A DNA stretch of 63,692 bases, the filler included, from Reticulomyxa filosa (taxonomy: Eukaryota; Protista; Foraminifera): NCBI GenBank assembly GCA_000512085.1. It is 20 parts of 20 records of this genome, joined end to end, with 100 filler letters (N's around TTAATTAATTAA, not from the genome) between each part and the next. Parts side by side here need not be neighbours in the genome. Positions count along the whole stretch, not along the records: positions 38,281 to 43,279 come from ASPP01007119.1; positions 43,380 to 45,179 come from ASPP01003478.1; positions 45,280 to 48,846 come from ASPP01017618.1; positions 48,947 to 53,449 come from ASPP01018459.1; 16 more parts are not named here. One strand, written 5' to 3'. A program made the translations under genes and the position numbers. Within the stretch, counting starts at the first letter, position 1. Each line of letters begins with the position of its first letter. Below the pieces are notes generated by a model. It did not search any database. It saw only the letters and a list, made by a program, of their open reading frames with translations, and was not told the DNA's origin. Below are positions 38,325 through 52,600 of the stretch, piece by piece.

Positions 38325-39355
38325 GACCGAACCAAAAATAAAACTTGGCACTCGTGTTGCGATCGAGAGCCATTTGTATTGCAGACAGTGTGTATTGTGT
38401 AAAGAAAAAAGAGGTGATTTATGTCCGAATATGATGGAATTTGGCCACGGTAAAGGGACATCACAAGGAGGATGTTGCGAGTATTTCGTCGTGAAAGAAC
38501 TATACTGTTACCGATTACGTACAAATATTTCCTGGAACGAAGCCGCGCTCTTGGCACCTTTAGGTGTCGCTCATAATGCTATTGAACAAGTATACTATTA
38601 CACATAGGGAGAAGGGAGGGAGAGGATCGAAGTGGAAAATGATAACTAATTTTCTGAAACGTATACTTTTTTTTTTTTTTTTTTTTTTTTTTGACGAGAA
38701 AAGTTGGGTCAATCTCCAGAGTTATTGGTGACAGGCTGCGGAACGATTGGACTGTTTGTAGTGTCAGTGGCAAAAAATTTCGGTTTTCGAAGAGTAATTG
38801 CTGCCGATGTACTGTCATGGCGACTGGAGATAGCAAAAAAAATGGGCGCTGATGTGACGATTGATTGCAAAGAACAAGATCTAAAAAGTATAGTAATGAA
38901 ACTAACCGATGGAAATGGTATTGAAGCTTTAATTGAATGTAGTGGCACGTCCGAATATATTAATGTCGCCTTTGGCTTGTTACGTAAAGGCGGACGGATT
39001 GTATTGGCCGGTTTGCCAACAAAGCCATTGCATCTTGATAACGTGATTCAAGTTTTGTGAAAAAGAGGAGGTCCAAAGAGGAAAAAACCAAAAACAAAAA
39101 AAAAAAGGTGGTTTTTTTTTTTTTTTTTGCGCGTTTGATGGAAAGGATGTCATTTCCAAGAGTTTACAGTTACTTACCGCTCATAGTCGACGTATCTTTG
39201 ACACATGGAAAGAAGCGGAAAAGTTGGTCGCAAAGGGAAAAGTACAGACTTCGTTGTTGCTTTCGCATTGCTTACCTTTGAAGGAATGGCGAAAAGGATT
39301 CGAAGCTTTGTCAACAGGAGCCACTTGTAAGGTTCTCTTTGATCCCTCTTTGTAG
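38325..39355 (+). CDS. Zn-dependent MDR dehydrogenase, L-threonine 3-dehydrogenase-like, 5'-truncated, three exons visible
   Basis: ESHLYCRQCVLC...LC (structural Zn), VTGCGTIG, IECSG, after intron 39052-39145 DVISKSLQL..RRIFDTW..CKVLFDP. Confidence 0.85.
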
Positions 39356-40040
39356 CAATTGTTATAGGTTGTTTTTTTATGGGACACGTTTGGAGGGGAC
39401 ATTATTTTTTCTGATTTTGTTTTTTTTTAACAGTACTTTCTTTTTTCTGGTGTTGCACACTTTTTGCTCTTTGAAGGGTAACTACAAAGAACAAAAGGAT
39501 AAGAAAAAAAAAAAAAAAGCAAAATTATTGTGATTGAACTACTTGTCAGCTTTTTGTTTTGCTTTGTTTTTTTCTCTCTTTATTGTTTTTTCGTGACGTT
39601 TTTCTGCTTTTTGATATGGCTTTTTTTGTACAATGCTAAAGGTTACATTCATGCTTTGCGATTGAGATTGTAACCTCTTGAAGTAATAAAAACAGTTGAA
39701 GTTCTACAATTCAATTGTTTGGTCCTTTTCTTGACAGTTCATACTTTCTTCGTTAATGCCCCTTCTGCAGCAAGGCTATCACTCCTTTTTATACTTGACA
39801 TATTTTTTAAATTCAAGATACAAAAAATTTTATCCAAATGACTAACAATGAATAATATACGTATTCCACAATATTAGTACACTGTAGCATTATATCAAAA
39901 AACTCGAGCACAGAAGTGTTTCAGTACCTAACAACCGGGTGCTGAAAAGGGGGAAACAATTCTTTTCAATTGCCAGCATTAACTGACGTCTTCTACTTCA
40001 ATTTTTTTTTGTTATAAATTATAAAGCACTACAATTACCA

Positions 40041-42380
40041 ATGGCACTGGATTTTGAAAAAGAAATTTTGGAAACGTATAAAAGTATCGTCGAACACAAA
40101 GAAAAAGAACCATTGGCTCGGCTTAACCAAATAATAGCAAAATTAGGTGACAGAAAGATCGTGACCATATCTCTTTGTTACGCTGCACGCTCAACTCTTT
40201 TCCTGGAACAGAGCAACTTTGAGCAAGTTAAACACAAAAACAATTAGTAGCGAATCAAAAAAGATGTTTTCCGGAACGTTCCTCGAAACAAAAGAAACCA
40301 AAAAAAAAAAATAGGCTTTTGACGATGCATACATTGCATATCGTATTGATCCCTCTAGGAAACAAGTCTTACACGCACTAATCAATTTACATCTCCCCAG
40401 AAGTGGATCTGCGAACCCTTACAGTAACACCAGCAAAGCCACTGATTTTTTGGATCAAGTAATCTTGAAAACTTTTTCATCTAAACTTGCACTTTTTTTT
40501 TATTAAAAAAATGTTGTTTTTGTGGAGAAAGTCCGATCAAATCAAGAACAGCATCTATACGAAGATAATAAACACACGTAAACCAAACAAAATGTAACAG
40601 CTAGTGATAATCTCGGAGAACGATGTTTCGACGTTACATTGTTGTGGGATCTTGTCTTTGGAACTGCAAAAGTATGACTCAGCAATCCGGCTATTGGAAA
40701 CGGTGTTGAAGTATTGTCAAAAATCGAGCAGCAGCGAAACGCAAAGACTGAAAGAAAAGGTGTGTCACGATTTGACGAACTGCTATTTGGAGAGATACAA
40801 GAAGTGTCCTGACGATCGCAACATGTTGATTTTGAAATACTTGATCGAGTTGCTCGCGTTTGACGGCAACACATTGGACGCCACGCAAACAAGAGATGCC
40901 AAAGAAGAAGTCCAAGAACGATGCAAATTCATTTTTGAAGACGCTCATCAAAAACGAAATTGGACACAAATCAAAGAATGCATGGAAATGGTAAATTTTT
41001 TGTAACCTTTTTTAATTATTTATTTATTTATTTATTATATATATAATTTGCTTCCAAGAAGTTACATAAGTCCGAATTTTATAATAAAAAAAAATTGGAT
41101 GTGTGTGCAAAAAAAAAAAGGATTGAACCATTGGTTCCATTAAGTAAGAAAATGTGCTTGGCAATAACCAGCTACTTTGAAGCGACGAACCAAGTGAAGG
41201 ACGGCATTGAGTATTACAGCAGACTATTGTCATTTGACTCAAAGGTGAAGCAAACAGATTTGGGCTCGATATTGTCCAGCCGGGCAAGACTGTACGAGGT
41301 GATGGGCGATGCCAAAAGCGCGCAAAAAGACTTGAACCGCATCCCAGCGCTGACCGCGTTGCCACCACAAACTCCGTCCATGTTTGATAAGTGTACGGAA
41401 AAGGGGTTGGAACCCGAAAAATATGCTCACTTGGCAATGTTCAATCTGCAAAAGCGAAGTGAAACGCCGCAACGTGGGAACAGACCACTTGTTCTTGTGG
41501 GGACTACTACAAAGACTGACTCAGGTTTTTTTTTGTCTTAAATAATACACATATATTTATATATGTGCAAGACTCTTTTTTTTTTTTAAAAAAAAAAAAG
41601 AGTGTCTACGTCTAAAATGTAGGGCAAAGTGATAAAACTCGAAGCAAACAACACAAAAAAATATTACTGTCGGAAAAAATAGTGTTTGATCAAACTGGCG
41701 GATTAGTGGTCAAAAATGAAGCAAAGGTAACTGCTGGCGAAAAAGGAATGAGTTTCACTCCGGGCTCGACGATAAGCATAGATGAGCTGGAAATGGAGTT
41801 GAACAGCTCAAGATTTCAATTGTCTGATTTTGCAGTTTGTTTTCTCTGCGTGCTTTTATCTTTTGGTTTATCCCTCCCTTCCCTCCTCCCCCTCCTCCTC
41901 CACTGTACAGAGGATCACTTTGATTTTGACTGAATATAGGTCGAATTAAGTCAAAGTAGGATGCGCTGCGAAAAATTGGAACATGCATTGCAAACACGCG
42001 ATGAAATCATTGCAGATATGAAAGTTTGGATTTTGTTTTGTTTTGTTTTCTTTTATAAATTAATATTTTTTCAAAATAAAATTATGAAGTTGGAGGCACA
42101 ATCGAAAAATGAAGAAATGTCATCGTTGCGTGGCGAGATTGATAATTTAAAGGTAAAAAAGTTTTCTGACTCACTTTTTTTTTTTTTTTGACAACATAAT
42201 TTTTTCAGTTTCTTCATCTGCACACTAACTGGATTGTTTATAGAAAAAACTTGCCAAAGAAATAGCACTGAGCAAATCATGCTCTTCACCAAAGATTGAA
42301 AAAGACTATAAAAGCATTGAGGAACCTGGAAAGTTGGTAACCTCCAGTTCCACAAAATCTTCCACTTCGTGGATAATTAG
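40041..42380 (+). CDS. TPR-repeat protein with C-terminal coiled coil, multi-exon
   Basis: YAARSTLFLEQSNFEQ/AFDDA, CGILSLELQKYDSAIRLLE, SRARLYEVMGDAKSAQKDL. Confidence 0.7.
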
Positions 42381-43407
42381 TCTATTTCTAGCGATATTTG
42401 TTTCGATTTTTCTGTATATTTTGACAAAACAATCACCTCCTCAAAAAATTGCTTAAAACAAAATTTGTTGTAAATTTTTGGGAATTTATGCAACATTTAA
42501 CCTTATTTAAATTAATTATAAAATAAAATTATTACAAAAAAATAAAAATAAATAAATTTCAAAATATTAAATATAAATGCTTGATAACTTAATTGAATTG
42601 TATTAATAACAAAAAGAAGAAACACTTAGAGCTATAAAAGACTCTACACAGTACCATTTCCTTTTTATAAAAATAACACATGAGTCAATATTAATTTAAC
42701 TTTAATAAATATAAATTTATATATACATTGATCAGTATGGAATATCTCCTACATTTTTGTGCAACAAAACCAAACTGACAGTAATATTCTGACAATGAAT
42801 AATATTGAATATTTGCCTTGTAAAATGAAATATTTTGCAATTATATTTTGATCGTTTGGTTAACGTGAAGTATTAACAAAAATAGTTATTTTGTTTTATA
42901 TTTTATTTAAAAAGTAAATTAAATTTTATTTTTAAAAATGTGATCATATTAATGAAAATAAGTGATAAAAGTTTTAATTTTGAAAAATTTATAAGTATTA
43001 AAAAGAAAGTTGATTTCTTTGTGACAGGAGATAGCAGTTGACAAAAGTTCACTGACATAATCAATAAGTTTATATCATATCAAGTAAAAGTTTTCTTTTT
43101 CGAGCTATGATTTCAAAGATCGACACGATTCAACTCTTGAAGAGGAAGACAGTAAGACAGGAAGAACGAATTATACTCTTTGAAAATGACATTTTCACAA
43201 TCATTGGCAAGATAATTGACACGACAATTAGAATAATTATCAGGATTATCAGGATTATCAATATTATCATTACCACGGTNNNNNNNNNNNNNNNNNNNNN
43301 NNNNNNNNNNNNNNNNNNNNNNNTTAATTAATTAANNNNNNNNNNNNNNNNNNNNNNNNNNNNNNNNNNNNNNNNNNNNTTTTTTTAAAAAAAAAAAAGA
43401 GAAATAG

Positions 43408-44035
43408 GATCGTACGAGTCATCACAACAACACATTGACGTATTACTAAATGCCATGCCCAATTCGCTGTTGGGACGCAGCGAACAGGTGCTACTGTCGT
43501 TGGAGGAGGAGAAGTTCAAAGAGGCGCACGCGAACTGGAAGCGTCTGAAGCAAATCAAGCTGGAAGGGAAGGACCGCACCACGGTGAGCAACGTGTGGTA
43601 TCGCGAGTGCATCCACGCATATTACTACTCGCACTTGAATCGCATGCGAGAAGCGACGCGAGTGTTTGACAAGTTGAAGGCCAATGTACCTCCGGACGTG
43701 TCGTGGCATCCTTTGATTTTGGACAAATCGCAATCGACGTTCGTGTTCATGTATGGCATCCACCTGTTCCGCAAGTGTGAGTTCACGGCTGCAAAAGTCC
43801 AGTTTCTATCGCTCATCGAAAACAGGCCGAGATATCCCATGGCCTATTTCTATCTCTCCAAAATTTGTTTGGAGTTGAAAGACTTTGTCGACGCAAAAGT
43901 GCACGTGTTGACTGCGTTCGAGCTGAATCATGCCATTCCACAGATTTTGTGTTTGCATGACGAGATTGACCAATTGATTCAAAAAAAGGGGGGCGATTTG
44001 GCAAAAGAGCAAGGGTTCGTTTTTTTATTTTTTTT

Positions 44036-44079
<44 letters not shown>

Positions 44080-44731
44080 TATTTTTTTAAATTATAATAA
44101 AAAAAAAAAAAATTCTATTATATATTTTTGAAAAAGGGTCGGAGAAAATATGGATTCATTGCCCAATGGAGCCGGTGAAGAAAAGAAAATTGGAGACGAC
44201 GATGATTCGTCGTTTCGGGAGGAGGAGGTGTCGTTAGCAGCTCCCGCAGATGGCAACGAGCCTGAAAACAATGACGAGGAAGCCAAGGTCGAAAACGAAG
44301 GAGACGCGGCCTCTGCTTTACCTGAGGCGTCCAGCGGACTGCCCATGGCGACGTCGAACCCAAGTGTGGACTCGGAAAAAGGAGATGAGAAAATGGACGA
44401 TAAGAAGCTTTCCCCGGCCAGAGAGGTCTCGCCGCTGCAGTCCCATTCCAAGTCCGAAGTGTCCTTGCTTTTGGCCGACGACCACGCCGACTCGCAACAC
44501 GACGACTCCAAGGGCAAGCAGCAGCCACAGCCGAGCATCGATCCCAATCTTGTGGATCAAATCCACGCCGGAGGAAATCGACTGGAAGATGACAATAGCA
44601 ATCATGATGACATTCTCAGTTTTTTCAGCGCCAGTAGTCCTCAGAGTGTTCATAGCAATCACAGCAACAATAACAACAATAGCAATAGCAATAGCAATAG
44701 CAATAACAACAATAATAATAATAACAACAAT

Positions 44732-44778
<47 letters not shown>

Positions 44779-45107
44779 CAATAATAACAGCAATAATATT
44801 AATAACCACAGTCCCAATAATTACAATAATCACAACAATCTCAATGCAAAGGGTAACAATGACAACACTCCCAGTAGCCAACGCATGTCGCAAGGACCCT
44901 TGCCCCTCTCCGATCCTGCTGCTAAAAATCTCAGCGCAAAGAAACACAAAAAAGACGACGACAAGTATCAAAAGAAACTTAGCAATGGTCCAAAAGTCGT
45001 CAATCCCATTGTCAACCCTATGCCCGAGCCCGTCTCTGTGGCTCAGCCTTATGAGCCCAAACATTCATGGGCTTCCAGTATGTCCAATACTCCAAGGGTT
45101 GAAGCTG
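43408..45107 (+). CDS. TPR-containing protein with acidic and poly-Asn region, internal fragment
   Basis: YGIHLFRKCEFTAAKVQF..RPRYPMAYFYLSKICLELKDFVDAKVHVLTAFELN; intron around 44015-44136. Confidence 0.7.
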
Positions 45108-45143
45108 TAAGTTCACAATACAGTACATATTCATATACATATA

Positions 45144-45179
<36 letters not shown>

Positions 45180-45305
45180 NNNNNNNNNNNNNNNNNNNNN
45201 NNNNNNNNNNNNNNNNNNNNNNNTTAATTAATTAANNNNNNNNNNNNNNNNNNNNNNNNNNNNNNNNNNNNNNNNNNNNAAAAAAAAAAAAAAAAAAAAA
45301 AACGT

Positions 45306-46538
45306 AACGTCAATGTGCAACGTATAAAAATAATTCATTTGATCCTCAAAGTCTTGAACTTGATTGACTTCTTTTCCTGTTTTCCCAGCAAACTGGATAT
45401 ACCCCAAGGACATGAGCTTTCTTCCCAATTGCAAGCCTGACAATCGAGTCCGTGTATAATGCTTGGCTTGCATCCATGTAATGGCGTCTCTTCCAACAAA
45501 ACTGCGTTCGAACAGCTGGTTTTCGTAACTTCGATTTTTGATTTCAATTTCTTTGGACATTTTGTGAAGCATAAATTCAAAGTCTTTCGGTGTTCTCAGT
45601 TGAAGGGTTTTAAATTTTTGTTGTTTTTGCAATCGAAAAGCGATTCCATGTTTGTCGCTGTGGCGCCGATTCGCACTTGCGTTCGATCTGGGGTTTGCAA
45701 TTCTCGGTTTCGGTTTGCCAGGATTGGTAGTATTGTCGGCATTGACAGGATTGTTTGCTCTTGTCTCATTGGGGTCATGTGTCTGCTCTTGTTCAGAGTC
45801 ATGATGATTATTGGAATTTGGAGAATGGCTGTCGTTGTAGACCAGTCGGTTCTTGATCATATTTTGTAACGAATGTGCCTTTCGCTGACGCTGAACGGCC
45901 ATGGAAATGTCCGTGTCATCTAATGACCCCCTTTTGCTGTTTTCACCATTGGACCACATGCCACCTGTAAACAATTTCTGTTGATGATACAGCTGCAACG
46001 CAGCAAGAGACCCACGTTTGATCTCCATTTTTGGGGACTGCGGTGTCTGTTTGTTCGTCCAATCGCTGACCCCAATGGTCAGACCGCCATGGGCACTTGC
46101 ACGCTGTTGTTGATTATTGCCTACCGTTACCGCCAGCAAGTCCGCGCGGATGGCTTTGAACGCCTCCTCGTTGTCCGAGTTATCCTCGTCATTATCTTCA
46201 TCCTCTGAAATGTTTGCAATTTCTGGAAACGTCCTCAACTCTTCGGTCCTTTCCAAACTCGAGACGAATTGCAAGTGGTCCTTTTTTGGCAATGGTTTTA
46301 TCTGTTCGATTTTCCCCGCGGCCTTTTCTTCAGATTCGTTTCTAGCGTCGTACAATACTGTCAATGGGGTCAGATGCGCTCGCTTAGGGACTACTGGTTG
46401 CTTTTTGCCAACGCTTATGTCATCCACTATTGCGAACACAAAAAGATAGATGAAAGGGGGGGGGGGAGCATTAGAAAACAAAAAGTTTTTTTTTTTTGTA
46501 ATCGTCAATACACTTTAAAACACATATATGCATATATG

Positions 46539-46572
<34 letters not shown>

Positions 46573-47495
46573 ATCATCACCAGTTTCTTTAATAGGCAGT
46601 TTCGTTGGCAATTCGTTACGTGAACTTCGGGCAGGCTTCAACTTGGCCGACAATCGCTGTGGCGTGGTTCGAGCATTCCATTCTTCGTCATTTTTATCAG
46701 TATCACTTTGGTGCCCTGGAGCCATGTCTGGTGGTGGAGCAGATCCGAACGGAGCGGACCTTTGTGCTGGCAATGACATTCGCTTAGCTTTGAGATAGGC
46801 CATGTCGTCAAAACCTTTCAAATTGCCCATGCTTCTTGTCATCATAATATCGTCGTTGTGTCCATTGGAGAAGTCAAAGCTGGAGCGTATTTTGTGACTC
46901 AGCGAATTTTTTTTGGAACTGTTGGCCGACTCGCCATAGGGGCCGACCACCCTCAATGTGTCTGCAATGTGTCTGTCTTCGACGGGCGCGCCAAAATAAT
47001 ACAAAAACGTTCGAAAATCCAGTTGTCCTTTTGGCTTTGGACTGAAGGTCGCCGAGTCGTGGCCCAGTATGGGAAACAATCGCGATTGTTTTCGTTTGGT
47101 CGGATCTTGTGTTTTAATGGTGTTTTCATGGGACGATGAGGACAGTAACAATGATGTTTCTTGTTCCTTTTGTTTGTTGGACTCATTGTGACTTCCTGGA
47201 ATGCTGCAATTGGTTATCATGTTGCGGAAAAAGCGCTCGACGCTATCGCTTTCCAAAGACATGGACTCCATGTCCACGCCATACTTTTTCAGCAGTCCCA
47301 AAAACTGTTCATATCCGATCGTTTCGCCTTCTCCGCGCTCACTCAGAGTAAATATTTTTTTTAACAGATGAATCCGCTGTTGATTTTCACGGAACCACAT
47401 GCAGCTACCATAATGATCTGATTCTCGCTTGTGACAATGTTCAATTTCAAACATATACACATATGCACACACGTACTTGCAATTGAAACAATAAC

Positions 47496-47541
<46 letters not shown>

Positions 47542-48810
47542 GCATAGATGAACTGTAGAGCAAAAATGAAGTGAAAACACATATAACATGTTGATTGGCG
47601 ATATTCCAACTCAAAGAATCTTTTCGTCCCGATGTGGCCTTTTCGACACCAGTTTTCTCCTCTTGAATGCCTATGTCTGCTGTTCCATCTGACTCTTCTC
47701 GCTCGTCTTCAATCACCAATTTCGAATGTTCGCCCTTTTCGTGCTTCTTTTCTTTGTCCTCTTTCTCACTCTTTTGTCCTTCGGCACGCTCGTTGTTCGT
47801 ATCATTGTTACCTTTATTCTCACTATCGAGGTTATTCTCAATCTCCACCTCTTCTTCTTCCGCTTCTGGTTCCACTTCTGTCTCGGCTTCCACTTCTGTC
47901 TCGGCTTCCGCTTCCGTTCGTTCTGCGTCCCCTTCGTCTTTCTTTTCGTCATCGTCGCTGGATATGTGCCCATTCGAAAGCAGTCTCTTGAGAGTGGTTT
48001 CTATTTCGAGTTCTTTTTCCTTTTGGTCCCATACGTGCTCTACATTATTCATGGACAACACATTTTTAAGAAAAAGGGGGGGGAGGGGTAGAAACAAAAA
48101 AAAAAAAAATTATATATATGTATATGTGTATAATAATAACAATAGAAATAAGTTATTTTTAAAATGGGATCAAAACTTTTTTTACGTCTGCCTTTGCGTT
48201 TGCCTTTGACTTTGAATCTCTTCTCCGGAGACTGCGGTTTCTTTCCTTCAATTACGCTTTCGCGACGAGGTGTTTTTTCCAACGTTTTCCATAAAATCAA
48301 ATCCACGTCCATTGTTCCACTTGGGGTGTCTTCTCTTTCTTTTGTTTATTTTGTTTTGTTTTGCTTCTTGTTTACTTCAAGTGTACGTTTCAATAGTTTA
48401 GATGTGTTATTCAAAAAAAAATAAAAATAAAAAATAAATAGAAAATGATGAGTTTTTTTTACTTAAAATAACCTCGTTTTGAACTTTCCATGTAATCATT
48501 TTGATGTGAGCCGGCAACAGTGATGATGTTATGTTCTTCGTGAAAGAATTGTATAAGTGGTTGTTTTTCCTCGTTAACCGCTTCCCTTTTAGGAGACAAT
48601 AGCCGAGATTTTCCTTTTTTCAAAAATTCTGGCCAATTGTAGTTGAACTCCAATGTCAAATCCGTATCGTTGAATGCGAGGTCCTGTCTGCTCTCTTTTA
48701 CTTCGTCCTGCGGTGCTATCGACCCACTCTCACTGCTTTGCACGCTGTGTGGTGATTTGTTACCTGACTCATTGCGAGGGCTCTGCGTATCTCCAAATTC
48801 AATGTTTGCA
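45306..48810 (-). CDS. Large multi-exon signalling protein with EF-hand-like and DEP domains, fragment
   Basis: DEP: IKNRSYENQLFERSFVGRDAITWM..GLQLGRKLMSLGYI..FEDQMNYFY; EF-like TIGYEQFLGLL and GQLDFRTFL. Confidence 0.75.
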
Positions 48811-49677
48811 TATAATTTTTTATTTTTTTGTAAAATTAAGATTATANNNNNNNNNNNNNNNNNNNNNNNNNNNNNNNNNNNNNNNNNNNNTTAATTAATT
48901 AANNNNNNNNNNNNNNNNNNNNNNNNNNNNNNNNNNNNNNNNNNNNCCCAATTGTATTCTTTTCCTTCTTTTTTTTTTTTGGTTTTGTTTCCCCCTTCCC
49001 CTTTTCCTTTCTTTTGGTGTTTTCTGATTGTTACCATTTGAAACTCTTTGTTGTGTATACTTATCGTTTTCTTCTTTGAACGAGACCACTACGAACAAAT
49101 GTTTCAATCAACATGAAAAATTTTTGTCTTTCCTATTCTTTTTTTTTTTGGTTGTAAAGTTTGTCACTTGTCAAATACTTCGCTTGTTAGTAGAGAGATG
49201 CCGATTCAAGAGGTTTTTAAAAAGTACTTTTAAGTCATTGATTTTGTTGTTGTTAAACTTGATTGAAAAAACAACGCTTGCACACTTTCGTTTGATGATT
49301 GACAAAGTTGCTGGGAAACATCCAAAAACCATGACAATTGCCGCTTCTGAAAGGTAAGTGGTGACAATGCAATATACTGCCGGAGTGTTATTGGACCAGT
49401 ACTTTTGGACAATTGACATAAGTTTAATTTCGTCATGAATTTTTGTGACAGTAAATTAATTGTCATTTTTACAAACTGAGCATAAAGAAAATACACGAAG
49501 GGGGGCAAAACTAGAAACAGCGCCTATTGCGCATAAACATCTAAGGAATATCTTTCTTTGAAAATTTGTAAGATATCAACATCATTTAAAACAAGGGTAA
49601 GATTGTGCTTATATTTAGAAGCGTAAATTATTGTCCAATTCTTAGTTTAATAAAGCACTGACAGCTGAAGCGAAGTG

Positions 49678-52600
49678 ATGCCAGCTCCATCACGTGTCGC
49701 TGACTACTTTGCAGTCCTTAGAGTGTCGGATCGTGTGGCGAGTAATGAAAGATGTGTGTGAGTCTTTAACTCCAACACGTTATTTATACTTGCTTTTGTG
49801 TGTGTGTGTGTGTGTGCACATATATGTATATATTCCTTGTAATATTTCCTGAGTTGTTTGCACAAAGCACGTACAGCATCACAAATATATAATAATAAAA
49901 AGTATGTGCATATACGGACGACTGGTATAGTTCAGCAAAGAGGTTTGCCAATGGAAACCTGCATCCGCTATCCATTGGAGGATCACAATGACAGCGAATA
50001 CCCAAAAGACTTTGCGGCGTTTGCATACCCAGATGGAGCACAGTTTGCAAGGAGCAAGCAGACGCCAATCCAATATTCGTTTGTATTGACAGAAGCGGAC
50101 GGATCGAGAGTGTATTGTTCCGCACTTCGTTATTACCGTGAAATGGACGGCGAGAAGCTGAAGCGCTATCGTGAGGGAGGTGAGCGTGTAGAGTGGCAAG
50201 AGGGTATGTATTACGAGCCGATGGCGATGATAATGTCATCGCATTGGCCATTTTACGAGCAGTTTGATCGAATACTAAGCGTGTTGCACAATGTGACGGA
50301 AGTGAATGCAATAAAGTTGAGTTATCCGATTGAAAAAGTGTTGCAAAACTTGATAATGGAGACGCCATTGCCGCCATTGGGAAGAAGAATAGTGCAATTT
50401 GATTTGTTCAATGACACGATTGAGTTTGTGCGACCACCGCCGAACCAGTTGCCATTGCGAGGACATGACCTCGATATATTGTTTCACAAACTAAGTGTGT
50501 CGAACATTATTACATTAGTGGGTGCTTTTCTGTGTGAGCGAAGGATATTGTTTTATAGTAGCAACATTGCATTATTGACACCTTGCATCGAAGGTTTGAC
50601 GACATTGCTGTATCCATTTTATTGGCAGCACATTTACGTACCGGTATTGCCCAGCAAATTCATTGACTTCCTCAATGCACCAATGCCATTTCTGTGCGGA
50701 GTCCTGCCCGAGTATATGCCAGACCTGCAAACGCTGGAAGGCGTGTTGTTCGTCAATTTGGATGATAACACAGTGTCGCATCACAAGAATGATCCCCTCA
50801 CTCTGTTCCCGAGAGAAAAGCTCGACCGCTACTGCGGAAAGTTGATCAAAGATATGACACAGCCATTGAAAGTCGGATTGAAGATGGAAGACGACAAAGT
50901 GCGCGAGTTGTTTATTCGCTTCTACGCCAAGCTGTTCCGCGGCTATAAAAACTACATGAATCCATCCACCGGCTTTGCAAAGCAAAAGTTTAACAAAGAG
51001 AAGTGGATCGTGGATAATTGTAAAGGCGACGAGTATCGCAAGTTCTTTGAGACCTTTGTGGAGTCACAGCTGTTCCAGTGCTTCATCGACGAGCGCTTCG
51101 AGGCGTCAGGACATAACTACGAAGTATTGTATTTCGATGAGAAAATCGACGAGGTCAGTGGAAAAGTCACACCATTTTTGAATGACAGCACATTTGTGTG
51201 GGATAAGCAAAACCCTTATGTGGTGCCCAAGCCCATCTCTTACATTACAGTCACTCATACCAATGACAATGAAGACAAAGACAAAGACAAAAACAATTTT
51301 GTTGTATATCGAAATGGCTTTCCCTTGACACTCAATCCTTCCTTGTTTGGTCCAGTTCGGCCAATGGAAATCCTCGTGACCGAAAAAGACTTGATCGAAC
51401 AACGCACAATGCACATCAGCTGGATGTCCGTCGAGTTCTTCAAAAAAAAGAGACTGTACGATCGCCATTGGCATTCGCTCGACGCTCGCATCGACGCGCA
51501 GAATGTCATCTTTCAAGAGGCGTCGTGCTTCTTCACACGCTGGCAGAGCATAGGGTCCGACCATCTGGGCCACTTGTCCAAGCTGTCCGAAACGTTTTCC
51601 AAGTACTTGCCCACTACCAAGACCTCCATAGACCAGCCGTGGGAACAGTGTCGCGCGTCGTATCAAAAGATGCTCAAGCTGCAGGAGGAATCCTTCCATC
51701 ATTGCAAGCGTCTTTGCATCGTCCCTTTAATCGAAAACATTCACACCACCGAGTCTATGCTCAAGGTCTTGTTCGAAGCGTCCAAAGAATGCGAGCGTCG
51801 CACGGCCACGAGGAAATGCGATGTTGAGTTTACCAACAAAGCTCGAACCAAGTTTATTAAGCAGTTGACTGATATTCGTTTTTCTGATTCTTCCTCCTCC
51901 TCCTCCTCCTCCTCCTCCTCCTCCTCTTCATCATCATCATCGTCATCTTCGACAGCAGCAGCAGCAGCATCAGCATCAGCATCAGCATCAGCATCAGTAG
52001 TGGTAGCAACAGCGTCGTCAATATCATCATCATCATCGTCGTCAATATCATCCCCATCAACAACGTCATCATTACAGTTCTCGCTGCAATCGTCATTGCA
52101 ATCCTCATTGCAATCCTCATTGTCGGCACAATTGGCTTCCTCCTCCTTCTCTGTGCCCTCGTCCTCCTCCGGAAAAGAGTCCAATCATCGACATGTCATC
52201 AATGTCATCACTGCGCTGGAAAACAAAGACCAAGCCGAAATCGAATACATGGACACCACCACCGCCTTTCTCACCAACCTGGACCTGTTCACGTCCTCCA
52301 TGCCACAGATGATCCGCGACGTCAAGAAGTACAGCTTCGACCGCATCAAGCTGTTCAGGGAATATATGCTTCGCTTTGCGTCCAATCAGCAAAAGCTGTA
52401 CCAATCATTCGCCAATGAGTTTGCAGAGATGTATCGCTCTTTGGAAAAGATTTCCCCGGAAATGGATATTTTGACTTTTTCCGAAGGAAATGAAGACCAA
52501 ATCGATGCCAATGGCGTATCACAAAACGAAAAGATTGAAGAGAAAGAATCAGAGACAAACGTTACTACTTCTTCTTCTTCTTCTTCTTCTTCTACTACTA

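Noticed and set aside
44250-45110. Long alternative-frame or antisense ORFs (poly-Ile, poly-Cys/Ala, poly-Glu; also 19058-19369 and 51741-52184)
   Set aside because: Shadows of trinucleotide or 12-bp repeats in the real coding frame
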